Assembly: GCA_029974275.1 (NCBI GenBank)
Contig: JARKSN010000125.1
Location: 1-36,386, forward strand
Direction: 5' to 3'
Length of the DNA: 36,386 nt
Origin: Candidatus Hydrogenedentota bacterium
Lineage (GTDB): Bacteria; Hydrogenedentota; Hydrogenedentia; Hydrogenedentales; SLHB01
A program made the position numbers and the translations under genes. The notes below the pieces were generated by a model. The model did no database searches. It saw only the letters and a program-made list of their open reading frames with translations, and had not been told where the DNA came from. This document shows, in pieces, positions 9,271 through 17,352 of this stretch. How positions within the stretch are numbered: the first letter of the stretch is position 1; every line of letters starts with the position of its first letter.

Positions 9271-10464
9271 TCACGAGGTTTTTTCTCGGGCGATTTCAGC
9301 CGCCAGCTCCCAAAACCGCGACAGGGGAAATCCGAAATTGTCTCGGTAGTGCGCATCCAGCGAGGCATGCAGGCGCCGCGCCGCGCTTTTGTCATGCGCC
9401 AGCGCTTCTTGGCGCACGCGATCGAGCAAACGGCGCAGAAAGGCGTCATCGGAAGGATATGCCGTGCCGTGCAGCAACGCGCGCAGATAATGCGTGCCGG
9501 TTGATTTGCCCAGGACCAATTCCCGCGTGCGGCCTACGATCTCCGGGGCGAGTTCCTCGTAGACGCGCGACGCCTTGAGCAGGCCGTCCACGTGAATGCC
9601 GCTTTCGTGCCGGAACGCGTTGCGTCCCACGATGGGCGTAAGCGGCGAGAGAAACATGCCCGACGCCTTTTCGGCCAGTTCGGAGAGACGCGGCAGTTGG
9701 CGCGGGTCGATTCCGTGTTTGCGTCCGGCGAGGAGCGACAGCGACAGGGCCACTTCATGGAGCGGCGCATTGCCGGCGCGCTCGCCAAGTCCGTTCACCG
9801 TGACGCTGACGATTTCGGCGCCCGCCTCGACGGCCGCCAAGGTGTTGGCCGTGGCCAAGCCAAAGTCGTTGTGACAATGCACGCCCGTCTGGCATCGCCC
9901 CGAAGCTGCGCGGACAACCTCCTCGATCAGCTGCGAGAAGCGCGTCGGCAATGCGGCGCCCACCGTGTCGCACACGAACAGCCGCTCGATCCCCGCGTGC
10001 GCGGCGAAGTCCGCCAGGTCGCACACCAGCGGAACGGTTCCGCGCGAGGCATCTTCCGCGACGAGATTGACCTCGAGTCCCTGCGTATGCGCGTAGGCGA
10101 CGAGTTGTTCGCAGCGTTTTTTGATGGCGGCGGGGGTGGTCGCGAACTTGTGCTCGATGTGGATTTCGGAAAAGGGGAACATCAGGAAGACGCTGCCGGC
10201 TCCGATGGAGGCCGCAAGATCGATCTCTTCACGCACGGCGCGCACGGTCACGCCCACCGCTCCGGTTCCCGCCAGCGCCGCGCATTCGCGGCAAAAATCC
10301 GCGTCTTCCGCCGACGTTGCCGGAATTCCGGCATCCACGATGTCCACTCCGGCGTCCAACAACGCCCGAAACAGCGTGCGTTTCTCATCCCGCGTGAACC
10401 ATACGCCGGGGACTTGTTCCCCTTCGCGCAGCGTGTTGTCGAGAATCGCGACATGGGCGTCCAT
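9271..10464 (-). CDS. Homocitrate synthase / LeuA-family acyl-CoA:2-oxoacid condensing enzyme (DRE-TIM), no C-terminal regulatory domain
   Basis: DNTLREGEQ, AEDASR, CDTVG, HCHNDFGLATAN, GLGERAGNA, FRHESGIHVDG. 397 aa. Confidence 0.9.
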   Translation of the reverse strand: MDAHVAILDNTLREGEQVPGVWFTRDEKRTLFRALLDAGVDIVDAGIPATSAEDADFCRECAALAGTGAVGVTVRAVREEIDLAASIGAGSVFLMFPFSEIHIEHKFATTPAAIKKRCEQLVAYAHTQGLEVNLVAEDASRGTVPLVCDLADFAAHAGIERLFVCDTVGAALPTRFSQLIEEVVRAASGRCQTGVHCHNDFGLATANTLAAVEAGAEIVSVTVNGLGERAGNAPLHEVALSLSLLAGRKHGIDPRQLPRLSELAEKASGMFLSPLTPIVGRNAFRHESGIHVDGLLKASRVYEELAPEIVGRTRELVLGKSTGTHYLRALLHGTAYPSDDAFLRRLLDRVRQEALAHDKSAARRLHASLDAHYRDNFGFPLSRFWELAAEIAREKTS

Positions 10465-10470
10465 GCGTCG

Positions 10471-12171
10471 TTAGGTCCATTCCGGCCGCATAGACGGGCC
10501 TTCCTTGCGCAAAGCCGCGCGCGCGTCGGCATAGCGGTGCTGGTCGTCGATGAGGCGCTGTTCCGTCGCGCATCCGCGCCGTGCGGCGATGGCGCGCCGG
10601 CGTTCGAGACAATGTCGGCGCGATTGTTCCGGCGTGAGGCGTTGCCGCGGGTCCGGCGCGAGAAAACAAAATTCCATGCATTTCAGATGCTGGATGTGGG
10701 CCTCGAAATCCAGAATGCCGCCGTCGTCGCGTTCGTCGCCGAAGTAATCGTTTATCTTGAAGCCGAGCGAGGAATACGTATCCGCATGCGGCCCCCCGTG
10801 CGCGCGGCGGAAGTCCTCGAAACACTGTCGATCGGTGATGATGTTGTAGCGCTCGGGATGTTCGTATTGCGGACTTCCGGGCTCCAATTGCACGGTCCAT
10901 GTCATCAGCCGCCGGATGTTGTCGTATGCGTCGCGCAATTCCGTGATGAGGTCGCGCGTTTCCAGGGCTTCTTTCAGCGTTTCACCCGCCAGCGCGATCG
11001 TGAAAAAGACGTCCGTTTGCACGCCGAGGTCCCGCGCCGTTCGGAGCGAATCGCGCAGTTGATCGTTCGTGTAGAAAAAACCTTTGTTCAGGCGGCGGAC
11101 GCGTTCGTTCCCGGAGTCGGGCGACAGGGCCACGTAGCTGTGTTCCGTCGGGAACGTGCGCGCGAACGTTTCCCAAAAGCGTCGCGTCGGCAGCGCCCAG
11201 CTCTCGAAATAGACGTCCACGGCGACCTTGTCACGGCGCAGTTTCGCGAACAGGTCGACATAATAATCGTCCACCGAGGGGGTCGGGTCAAAACACAAGC
11301 TTATCGTGCGATACCCCGCGTCCACGGCGCGGCGGACGTCGTCGACGACGCGGTCCGGGCTGCGCCAGAGCACGCGGTTGCGGACGTTTGCGCGATGAAG
11401 CGTTCCGGCGCTGCCGCCGCAGTAGACGCACTCCGCATGGCACCCTCGACCGGTGCACAACGGGAAGAAGGTTCGCCCCATGGTGTTGCGGGCCTTGTGT
11501 TCGTCTTCGTCGTATTCTTTCGAGAACGCCAGGGGAAATCCAAACGACGCTATGTAGGTCTCGGCATGCCGGAGCGACGAAAAGTCTGCGAAGACAAGGT
11601 CGTCCAAGTCCGCCTGCTCCGCCACGTACGAGTCGTCGCTGCGGCGAATTTCCGCCCCGTAACGACTATACAGCGACGGCACGCGACCCAAGTCCGGCGT
11701 GTCGCGTTGCAACTGTTCCAGAAGCGCCATCACGGGCGTTTCGCCATGGCCTTGCACGACGGCGTCGACGCACGGAAACGTTCGCAGGATTTCTTCCGCG
11801 AAATACGAAGCCGTCAACCCGCCAAGAAAGACGAATGTTTCCGGCGAAACCGCCTTGATCGCCTTCGCCACTTGGAGAACGTCGTAGGCTTGGTAGTGCC
11901 AATAGAGCGGCAGCCCCGCGGCGGCGATGCGGCGTTCGGCGAATTCGGCGGCGAGCGTGTAGTTGCGATCGAGCATCCATTCCACCCCGAGATGGGCGAT
12001 CTCGGCGCGGAAGCCGCGCCGCCGGGCCTGGTGCGCCAGCGCAAGCAGCCCCATCGGGGCGTAGGTGATGTTGAGAAACTCGCCAAGGGGGAGGTACTCG
12101 TTGGCGCATTTCGGGACATGGACGAAAAGGCAATCCAATTCGTTGTATTTTCCGCCGGAAAAATCCGTCAT
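10471..12171 (-). CDS. B12-binding domain radical SAM protein
   Basis: N-terminal cobalamin-binding-like region (PMGLLALA...FVFLGGLTAS...VQGHGE); GRGCHAECVYC (CxxxCxxC); WRSPDRVVDD; SPDSGNERVR. ATG at 12171 with an AGAAGG SD. Confidence 0.9.
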   Translation of the reverse strand: MTDFSGGKYNELDCLFVHVPKCANEYLPLGEFLNITYAPMGLLALAHQARRRGFRAEIAHLGVEWMLDRNYTLAAEFAERRIAAAGLPLYWHYQAYDVLQVAKAIKAVSPETFVFLGGLTASYFAEEILRTFPCVDAVVQGHGETPVMALLEQLQRDTPDLGRVPSLYSRYGAEIRRSDDSYVAEQADLDDLVFADFSSLRHAETYIASFGFPLAFSKEYDEDEHKARNTMGRTFFPLCTGRGCHAECVYCGGSAGTLHRANVRNRVLWRSPDRVVDDVRRAVDAGYRTISLCFDPTPSVDDYYVDLFAKLRRDKVAVDVYFESWALPTRRFWETFARTFPTEHSYVALSPDSGNERVRRLNKGFFYTNDQLRDSLRTARDLGVQTDVFFTIALAGETLKEALETRDLITELRDAYDNIRRLMTWTVQLEPGSPQYEHPERYNIITDRQCFEDFRRAHGGPHADTYSSLGFKINDYFGDERDDGGILDFEAHIQHLKCMEFCFLAPDPRQRLTPEQSRRHCLERRRAIAARRGCATEQRLIDDQHRYADARAALRKEGPSMRPEWT

Positions 12172-12227
12172 GGCCTTCTCTGGAAATCCGCGAGGATCGG
12201 GGCCGCAAGAAATCTGCCGTTGCTGCA

Positions 12228-12256
12228 AGGATAACGTTGCCGACGAATTCTGTCAA
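12228..12256 (-). promoter_or_regulatory. Sigma70-type promoter for the radical SAM/LeuACD/LuxEC operon
   Basis: Minus strand TTGACA (12256-12251), 17 nt, TATCCT (12233-12228). The -35 overlaps the stop codon of the upstream gene. Confidence 0.65.
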
Positions 12257-13362
12257 TGCGAGACAAGCGCCATCTCCACTTCGCGATCCATGGCGCTCTT
12301 GCTTTCCAGCCAGAACGAGGGGAACGCATGAAGGGCGAGATGATCGACAAGGGCGCTGAGCGAAAAATCGCCGTCGATCCGCAGCCGCGCCAACGCGTCG
12401 GCGTAGAAGATGATTTCCGCGCGACGCACGCCTGGAAACGCGGCGATGCAGTCCTGGACAATGGCGGCGTTTTCGCGGCTGCGGATGTTTGCGATAGAGA
12501 GCGTCACCTGGGCGTCGCGCAGGCCCGCAAGCCCCAGAATCGCCATGGTCGCCGCCTTGGGCGCCAGTTTCAGGCATGCATCAAGCGTCGCTTGACGCAT
12601 GCCTTCTTCGGCGTTGACGCTGTGCACCACGGCATCCACGCTGCGATCGAACAACACCGCGGCATCGGCGCCGCGCAGCAGCCGCGCCGATAGCCGAACG
12701 CTGCACGCCTTTGCGTTCGTCGGGCCCGGATCGATCGCGCTGTAGACCGAGGCGATCAGCGCCATGTCGGCCAGGTTTTCCAAAGCCAGCCGCGCCGCGA
12801 GAGGCGTCTCGGCCACAAGCCGCGCCGCAAGTTCCTCCGAGGAGTAGTGCGCGGCCAGTTCGCGCATGCCGCAAACGTCCATGTGACGGTCCCGCAGGGA
12901 ATGGCACAACGCATCCGCCGCCCAATTTTCCGGAGACGCGACACGAACAGGGGCCTCGTCCGTCTTTTCCCCCATCAACACGACCAGTCGCGGTCGGCGC
13001 GTGAGGGTTCTGGCGAGAATCGCCGCCGTCTCGGCGCAGAAAAGGTCTTTGTTCAGAAAGAGATCGACAGAGACCTCGGTCGCATCCGCGCTGGTATCGT
13101 GGCGCAACAGGTTGTAGGAGAGCACATACCGGCCCGGTGCGTGAATCATGGAGCCGAAAGGGGTCAGGTCGCGCGTGGCGGCTATCTCCTCGAGCGCCTG
13201 TGCGATGGCGTTGCGCTCGGCATTCTCGATGGCCGCGACGCGCCCCGCCGCCCCTATGCCCATCGCCACGCCGTTCGCCTGGATGCGCAACGGCCCCTCG
13301 ACGGCAACGTCTACCGCGCCCGGCGCGGCCACTGCGGCGCCGCATGCCGCGATCGCCGTCAA
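12253..13362 (-). CDS. Exported hypothetical protein, resembles FlgT-N/LPP20-like domain proteins (start uncertain)
   Basis: Open frame between the Zn peptidase and the radical SAM gene. Hydrophobic N-terminus; IQANGVA...AAIENAERNAIAQALE pattern; RPRLVVLMGE. TTG at 13362 is a guess for the start. Confidence 0.55.
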   Translation of the reverse strand: MTAIAACGAAVAAPGAVDVAVEGPLRIQANGVAMGIGAAGRVAAIENAERNAIAQALEEIAATRDLTPFGSMIHAPGRYVLSYNLLRHDTSADATEVSVDLFLNKDLFCAETAAILARTLTRRPRLVVLMGEKTDEAPVRVASPENWAADALCHSLRDRHMDVCGMRELAAHYSSEELAARLVAETPLAARLALENLADMALIASVYSAIDPGPTNAKACSVRLSARLLRGADAAVLFDRSVDAVVHSVNAEEGMRQATLDACLKLAPKAATMAILGLAGLRDAQVTLSIANIRSRENAAIVQDCIAAFPGVRRAEIIFYADALARLRIDGDFSLSALVDHLALHAFPSFWLESKSAMDREVEMALVSH

Positions 13363-13445
13363 CGCAACCAGCCCCCACGGCGCAGCCCTTCTTCGAATGC
13401 GGCTGACGGCGCCGCGTGGCGCCGTGACGTTCGCGACGCGCAGCC

Positions 13446-14159
13446 TCAATTGCGTCCGCGCGCGATCAGCACCATGCGCAGCAGCTGCATGGCCGCCATG
13501 GCTGCGGACGCCACGTAGGTCATCGCGGCGGCGGTCAGAACCTTTTTGGCGCCCCGCAGCTCTTCCGCGTCCAGGTATCCGCCGTTGGCCAAGGCGGCCA
13601 GGGCACGACGGCTGGCATTGAATTCGACCGGCAACGTGACCACCGTGAACAGGACCGCAAACGTGAACAGCCAAATGCCGACCTGCATGAGAAACTGCGT
13701 CGCCGGGAAAATCATCCCCACAAAAAACAGCGGAAACGCCAAGGTCGATCCGATGCTCGACAACGGGTACATCATGCCCCGCAGCGACATGGGGAGGTAC
13801 AGACGGGCGTGTTGCACGGCATGGCCGACTTCGTGCGCGGCAATGCCCAAAGCGGCGATGCTCGATCCGTGGTAAATGTCCTCCGAAAGACGCAACGTCC
13901 GATCGCGCGGATCGTAGTGATCCGTCAATTGCCCCGGAATGGCCTCAAGACCGCACGATCCTTCCGGCCGGTTGTCCGACATCACCAACGGTATCTGCGA
14001 ATCCCGCAAAATAAGCCGCGCAACGTCTGCGCCCGTCAGCCCGCTCCGGGTCGAAATGCGGGAATATTTGGCGTAGGCGGACTTGACCTTGAATTGGGCC
14101 CACAGCGCCAGCAACAGCGCGGGAATCACCAACACGTCGTAAGGGGTGAAATACAGCAT
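13446..14159 (-). CDS. Membrane zinc metallopeptidase (YugP / Zn_peptidase_2-like)
   Basis: GQLTDHYDP, AAHEVGHAVQH (HExxH), TLPVEFNASRRAL, VLTAAAMTYVA. Confidence 0.92.
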   Translation of the reverse strand: MLYFTPYDVLVIPALLLALWAQFKVKSAYAKYSRISTRSGLTGADVARLILRDSQIPLVMSDNRPEGSCGLEAIPGQLTDHYDPRDRTLRLSEDIYHGSSIAALGIAAHEVGHAVQHARLYLPMSLRGMMYPLSSIGSTLAFPLFFVGMIFPATQFLMQVGIWLFTFAVLFTVVTLPVEFNASRRALAALANGGYLDAEELRGAKKVLTAAAMTYVASAAMAAMQLLRMVLIARGRN

Positions 14160-14846
14160 TTACGCATCTCCTTCCGCCGCCCGCGAAACGGGCGGACGCA
14201 TCGCACATTTTCCGTTGAACACCGCTCCTTCCTCTATAACAATGGAGCGGGCCCGAATATCGCCCGTGATCTTCCCCGTAGAAACGAGGTGCAGCTTGCC
14301 CGAGGTTGACACGTTTCCAAAAACCTGGCCCGCCAAAGTCATCCGCCGGCCCGCCAGCGCGTCCGCGTTGATGCGGCCCGTCCGGCTAAGGTCCAAGTCT
14401 TCCGAACACTCCATGCGGCCCTCCACGAGCCCATCGACCTTGCACGATGTCGCGCGCACATTGCCGCTCACCAAGGCGCTTGGCCCGAGAAAGAGGACCC
14501 CGTCGACGATGACATCGCCGTCCACCCGTCCGCATATCTCCGTCTCGGACCCGCCGGTCAACGATCCTTCAATGATGACGCCCTCCGGAATGACCATGCG
14601 TTGCGCTTTGACGTTCTTGGCGCGCCGCATGGCGATATCGTCCACAGTGACATGGGGTTTCCCGGCGGATTCAGCGGCGACATCGTGGCGGCGATTGCTG
14701 CCCCGGCTGGACTGCAGCATCTCCTGGAAACTCTGGTTGATGCGCGCAAACCACGGGCCTCGCTGCGACGCGCGGTTCAGTTCCTCGAACGCATCCAGCG
14801 CATTCGGTTCCGGCCGGCTGTCCGTCTTGTCTGGTTCCTGCGTCAT
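14160..14846 (-). CDS. Bactofilin (polymer-forming cytoskeletal protein) with extended beta-helix
   Basis: Repeated G-x-V/I-x-G-x-V/I windings ending in SIVIEEGAVFNGKCAM; polar N-terminal tail. ATG at 14846, 2 nt after the ATPase stop. Confidence 0.88.
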   Translation of the reverse strand: MTQEPDKTDSRPEPNALDAFEELNRASQRGPWFARINQSFQEMLQSSRGSNRRHDVAAESAGKPHVTVDDIAMRRAKNVKAQRMVIPEGVIIEGSLTGGSETEICGRVDGDVIVDGVLFLGPSALVSGNVRATSCKVDGLVEGRMECSEDLDLSRTGRINADALAGRRMTLAGQVFGNVSTSGKLHLVSTGKITGDIRARSIVIEEGAVFNGKCAMRPPVSRAAEGDA

Positions 14847-14848
14847 GG

Positions 14849-15766
14849 CTATACGTACCCCAACCGGTTGGCGATGTCCGCTACGCACGCGGAAATCTTG
14901 AGTTTCGGGTGGCTGACAATGAACGGCGTCCCCGAGTTTACCGCCTCCGGAACGCACTTATCAAAGTACAAGTACCCGAGATTGTTCACCTCGACCATCA
15001 GTTCCTGCCGGGCCAGTTTGGTGAAAATATTCGCCGCGATCTGGGCCTCATACGCGTTTCGCACGCGATTCACGACGATGCGCGGCTTGACGGAACGAAC
15101 AAGAGAAACGATTTCCCCGCAGATTTGTTTACGAACCTCTTCATCAAACAGCTCGGATCGCCCCACCGTGTCGAGGAAATCCGAAAGCCGCTCGTTCCGT
15201 TTGAGCAACAACCCCACCTCTGGCGACTGGTAGAAGCGCTCGATCTTGCGAAACAGCGCGGCCCGCAAAAACTTGAAGGCATTGTCGATGCTGGTTTTTT
15301 CCGGCGCAACGACCAAAATGCCGTTCGCCTCGGTCATCAGAAAAAAATCCAACGTGTTCAAATGCGCGCCCGCATCCAAGTCCACGACAACTAGGTCCGC
15401 ATCGAGCGCCTTGAGCTCGCGGATCAGGGCGGTTTTTTGCTGATACCGGGGGTTGGCGACGTCCAAGAGCCCTGTCGTGCCGGGAACGAATCTCAAGTTT
15501 TCGTATTGGGTTTCACACACGATGCGCGCCAGGTTTTTGGCGCCTTTTTGATGAAAAAAGTCGTCCAGTTTCGCCCTCGTCTGTATGCCCATCACCGTCT
15601 CGACGTTCGAACAACTCAGATCGGCGTCAAACAGGATGACGCGCCAACCCTTCCGGGCGATTTCGATGGCCAAATTCACCGAAAGACACGTCTTTCCGAC
15701 GCCTCCCTTCCCGCCGCCGATGCAGATGATTTCCGGGGTCCGGCGCGAAGCCTCTGGAACGGCCAT
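14849..15766 (-). CDS. MinD/ParA/FlhG-family P-loop ATPase
   Basis: Deviant Walker A GKGGVGKT, FDADL, VVDLDAG, PEKTSIDNA, IVVNRV. ATG at 15766 with a GAGG SD. Confidence 0.9.
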   Translation of the reverse strand: MAVPEASRRTPEIICIGGGKGGVGKTCLSVNLAIEIARKGWRVILFDADLSCSNVETVMGIQTRAKLDDFFHQKGAKNLARIVCETQYENLRFVPGTTGLLDVANPRYQQKTALIRELKALDADLVVVDLDAGAHLNTLDFFLMTEANGILVVAPEKTSIDNAFKFLRAALFRKIERFYQSPEVGLLLKRNERLSDFLDTVGRSELFDEEVRKQICGEIVSLVRSVKPRIVVNRVRNAYEAQIAANIFTKLARQELMVEVNNLGYLYFDKCVPEAVNSGTPFIVSHPKLKISACVADIANRLGYV

Positions 15767-15845
15767 TTCCTCGAGAAGCCGCAACTGGGGTCTCCCATAT
15801 TCTTCCGGGCATTCGTAGTCCGCCCGAACGTCGCATTCTCCAGAT

Positions 15846-15875
15846 AGGCTATCCCAGGATCTGCGTCCGCGTCAA
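15846..15875 (-). promoter_or_regulatory. Possible sigma70 promoter for the MinD-bactofilin operon
   Basis: TTGACG, 18 nt, TAGCCT on the minus strand. Confidence 0.3.
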
Positions 15876-16103
15876 CCCGGCTCATCGCGTGAAAACACGA
15901 GAACGGACACAGGAAATTGCCGCCGTGAACGCCTTTACGGACCGGCGCGGAGACCACACGCTGAACACGATAGGCCCAAACATCCAGACAGCACACGGTT
16001 CGGCGCGATGGGCCGGCAGACCGGCAAACGGTGCGTCCAACATCGGGTATACTGGGGCCCTGGCGCTTCTGTGCGCGATCCATGGGAGGGAAAACGTCGC
16101 ATC

Positions 16104-17225
16104 ATGAACCCCGCATCCGAACGTCCGCTACGCATTGGCGTGAACACATTGTTTTTGATTCCGCGCGAGGTGGGAGGCACGGAGATATACGTGCGAAGCA
16201 TTCTGCCGGCCTTGCGCGAAGTGGCGCCATCCCTGTCGTTCGTCGTGTTCACGAATCGCGAAAATCATGACTCGTTCGGGGATTATCCTCGCCGGCGCAT
16301 TCCCGTCCACGCGACGTCGCGACCGTGCCGCATCCTGGCCGAACAGACCCTGCTTCCCCTGGCGGCGCGGCGCGCCGGGATCGATGTGCTGTATTCGCCG
16401 GGATACACCGCCCCGGCATGGGCGCCGTGCCCGCAGGTCGTCACCCTGCACGACACGCAGTTCCTCGATTATCCCGAGGATATTCCCTGGCTGGCGCGGC
16501 GCGCCCAGCGCGTGCTCGTCGGGTGCGCGGCGCGGCGTGCGAACGCGATCACGACGGTGTCGCGTTTCAGCGCGGGCCGCATCCGCGAATGTCTCGGCGC
16601 GCCGATGGACAAAATATTCGTGGCGCACTCGTCGTTGTCGGGAGTTTTCGCCCAGCCGCAGCCGTGCATCATGAAAAAGCCGTTTCTGTTGTACGTCGCG
16701 AACACCTATCCTCACAAGAACGCCCGACGGCTGGTCGAGGCTTTTGCGATGATCGCCGATCGCATTCCGCACGACCTCATCCTTGTCGGGCAGCCGCGCG
16801 AGGGCGAACCGCCGCCTCATCCGCGCGTGCGGCGGCTGCATTACATCGACTATCTCGAACTGGCCGGGTTGTTTCAAGGGGCGGACGCGTTGGTGTTTCC
16901 GTCGCTCTACGAGGGATTTGGCCGGCCCATCGTCGAGGCGATGGAGGCCGGCACACGCGTCATTGCCGCGCGGACGGGATCGGCCCCCGAGATAGGCGGC
17001 GCCGCCGCCACCTATTTCGACGGCATGAATGTCGAAGCGATCGCCCATGCCATGCTCGAGGTCTTGCAGGAAACCCCGGAAACGCGCGCCGCGCACATTG
17101 AAGAGGGACGGCGCTGGGCGCGCCGCTACACGTGGCAAGAATGCGCACGGCAGACTCTTGCCGCGTTTCGCCACGCAATGGAGAAGGCGCCTGGGCGCGC
17201 CGCCCCCCGTTCGCCGGTTTCGTGA
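16104..17225 (+). CDS. Glycosyltransferase family 4
   Basis: VGGTEIY, VVTLHD, ITTVSRFS, HKNARRLVEAF, FPSLYEGFGRPIVEAM. Confidence 0.92.
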   Translation: MNPASERPLRIGVNTLFLIPREVGGTEIYVRSILPALREVAPSLSFVVFTNRENHDSFGDYPRRRIPVHATSRPCRILAEQTLLPLAARRAGIDVLYSPGYTAPAWAPCPQVVTLHDTQFLDYPEDIPWLARRAQRVLVGCAARRANAITTVSRFSAGRIRECLGAPMDKIFVAHSSLSGVFAQPQPCIMKKPFLLYVANTYPHKNARRLVEAFAMIADRIPHDLILVGQPREGEPPPHPRVRRLHYIDYLELAGLFQGADALVFPSLYEGFGRPIVEAMEAGTRVIAARTGSAPEIGGAAATYFDGMNVEAIAHAMLEVLQETPETRAAHIEEGRRWARRYTWQECARQTLAAFRHAMEKAPGRAAPRSPVS

Positions 17226-17352
17226 TTCCGGGCCGCGCGATTCGGCCGCGAAGGCAATCTTTGTCACGCATTACAGACGAAAACCGTCTTTGTGGTACTC
17301 TCAGGAGGGGTTGCGCAGGAAAGGCAACGATCGGGCAGGGGTGTTTCTCGTC

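Noticed and set aside
7496..10464. Ordinary leuA-leuC-leuD leucine operon
   Set aside because: No leuB or ilv genes, no LeuA regulatory domain, LREGEQ motif, divergent substrate-site residues, and coupling to radical SAM and LuxEC genes. Gene symbols were therefore withheld.
10471..12171. Radical SAM gene as an ArsL/arsinothricin-type partner of arsM
   Set aside because: It lies about 21 kb from the ars operon, on the other strand, under its own promoter, with no ArsR-like palindrome. Nothing in the sequence links them.
9592..12234. 880-aa ORF on the + strand, and other long antisense ORFs (214-1794, 4838-6430, 5940-7556, 18200-20446, 26755-28299)
   Set aside because: These are shadow frames opposite well-supported genes in high-GC DNA. 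They are Arg/Ala/Gly-rich with no recognisable motifs.
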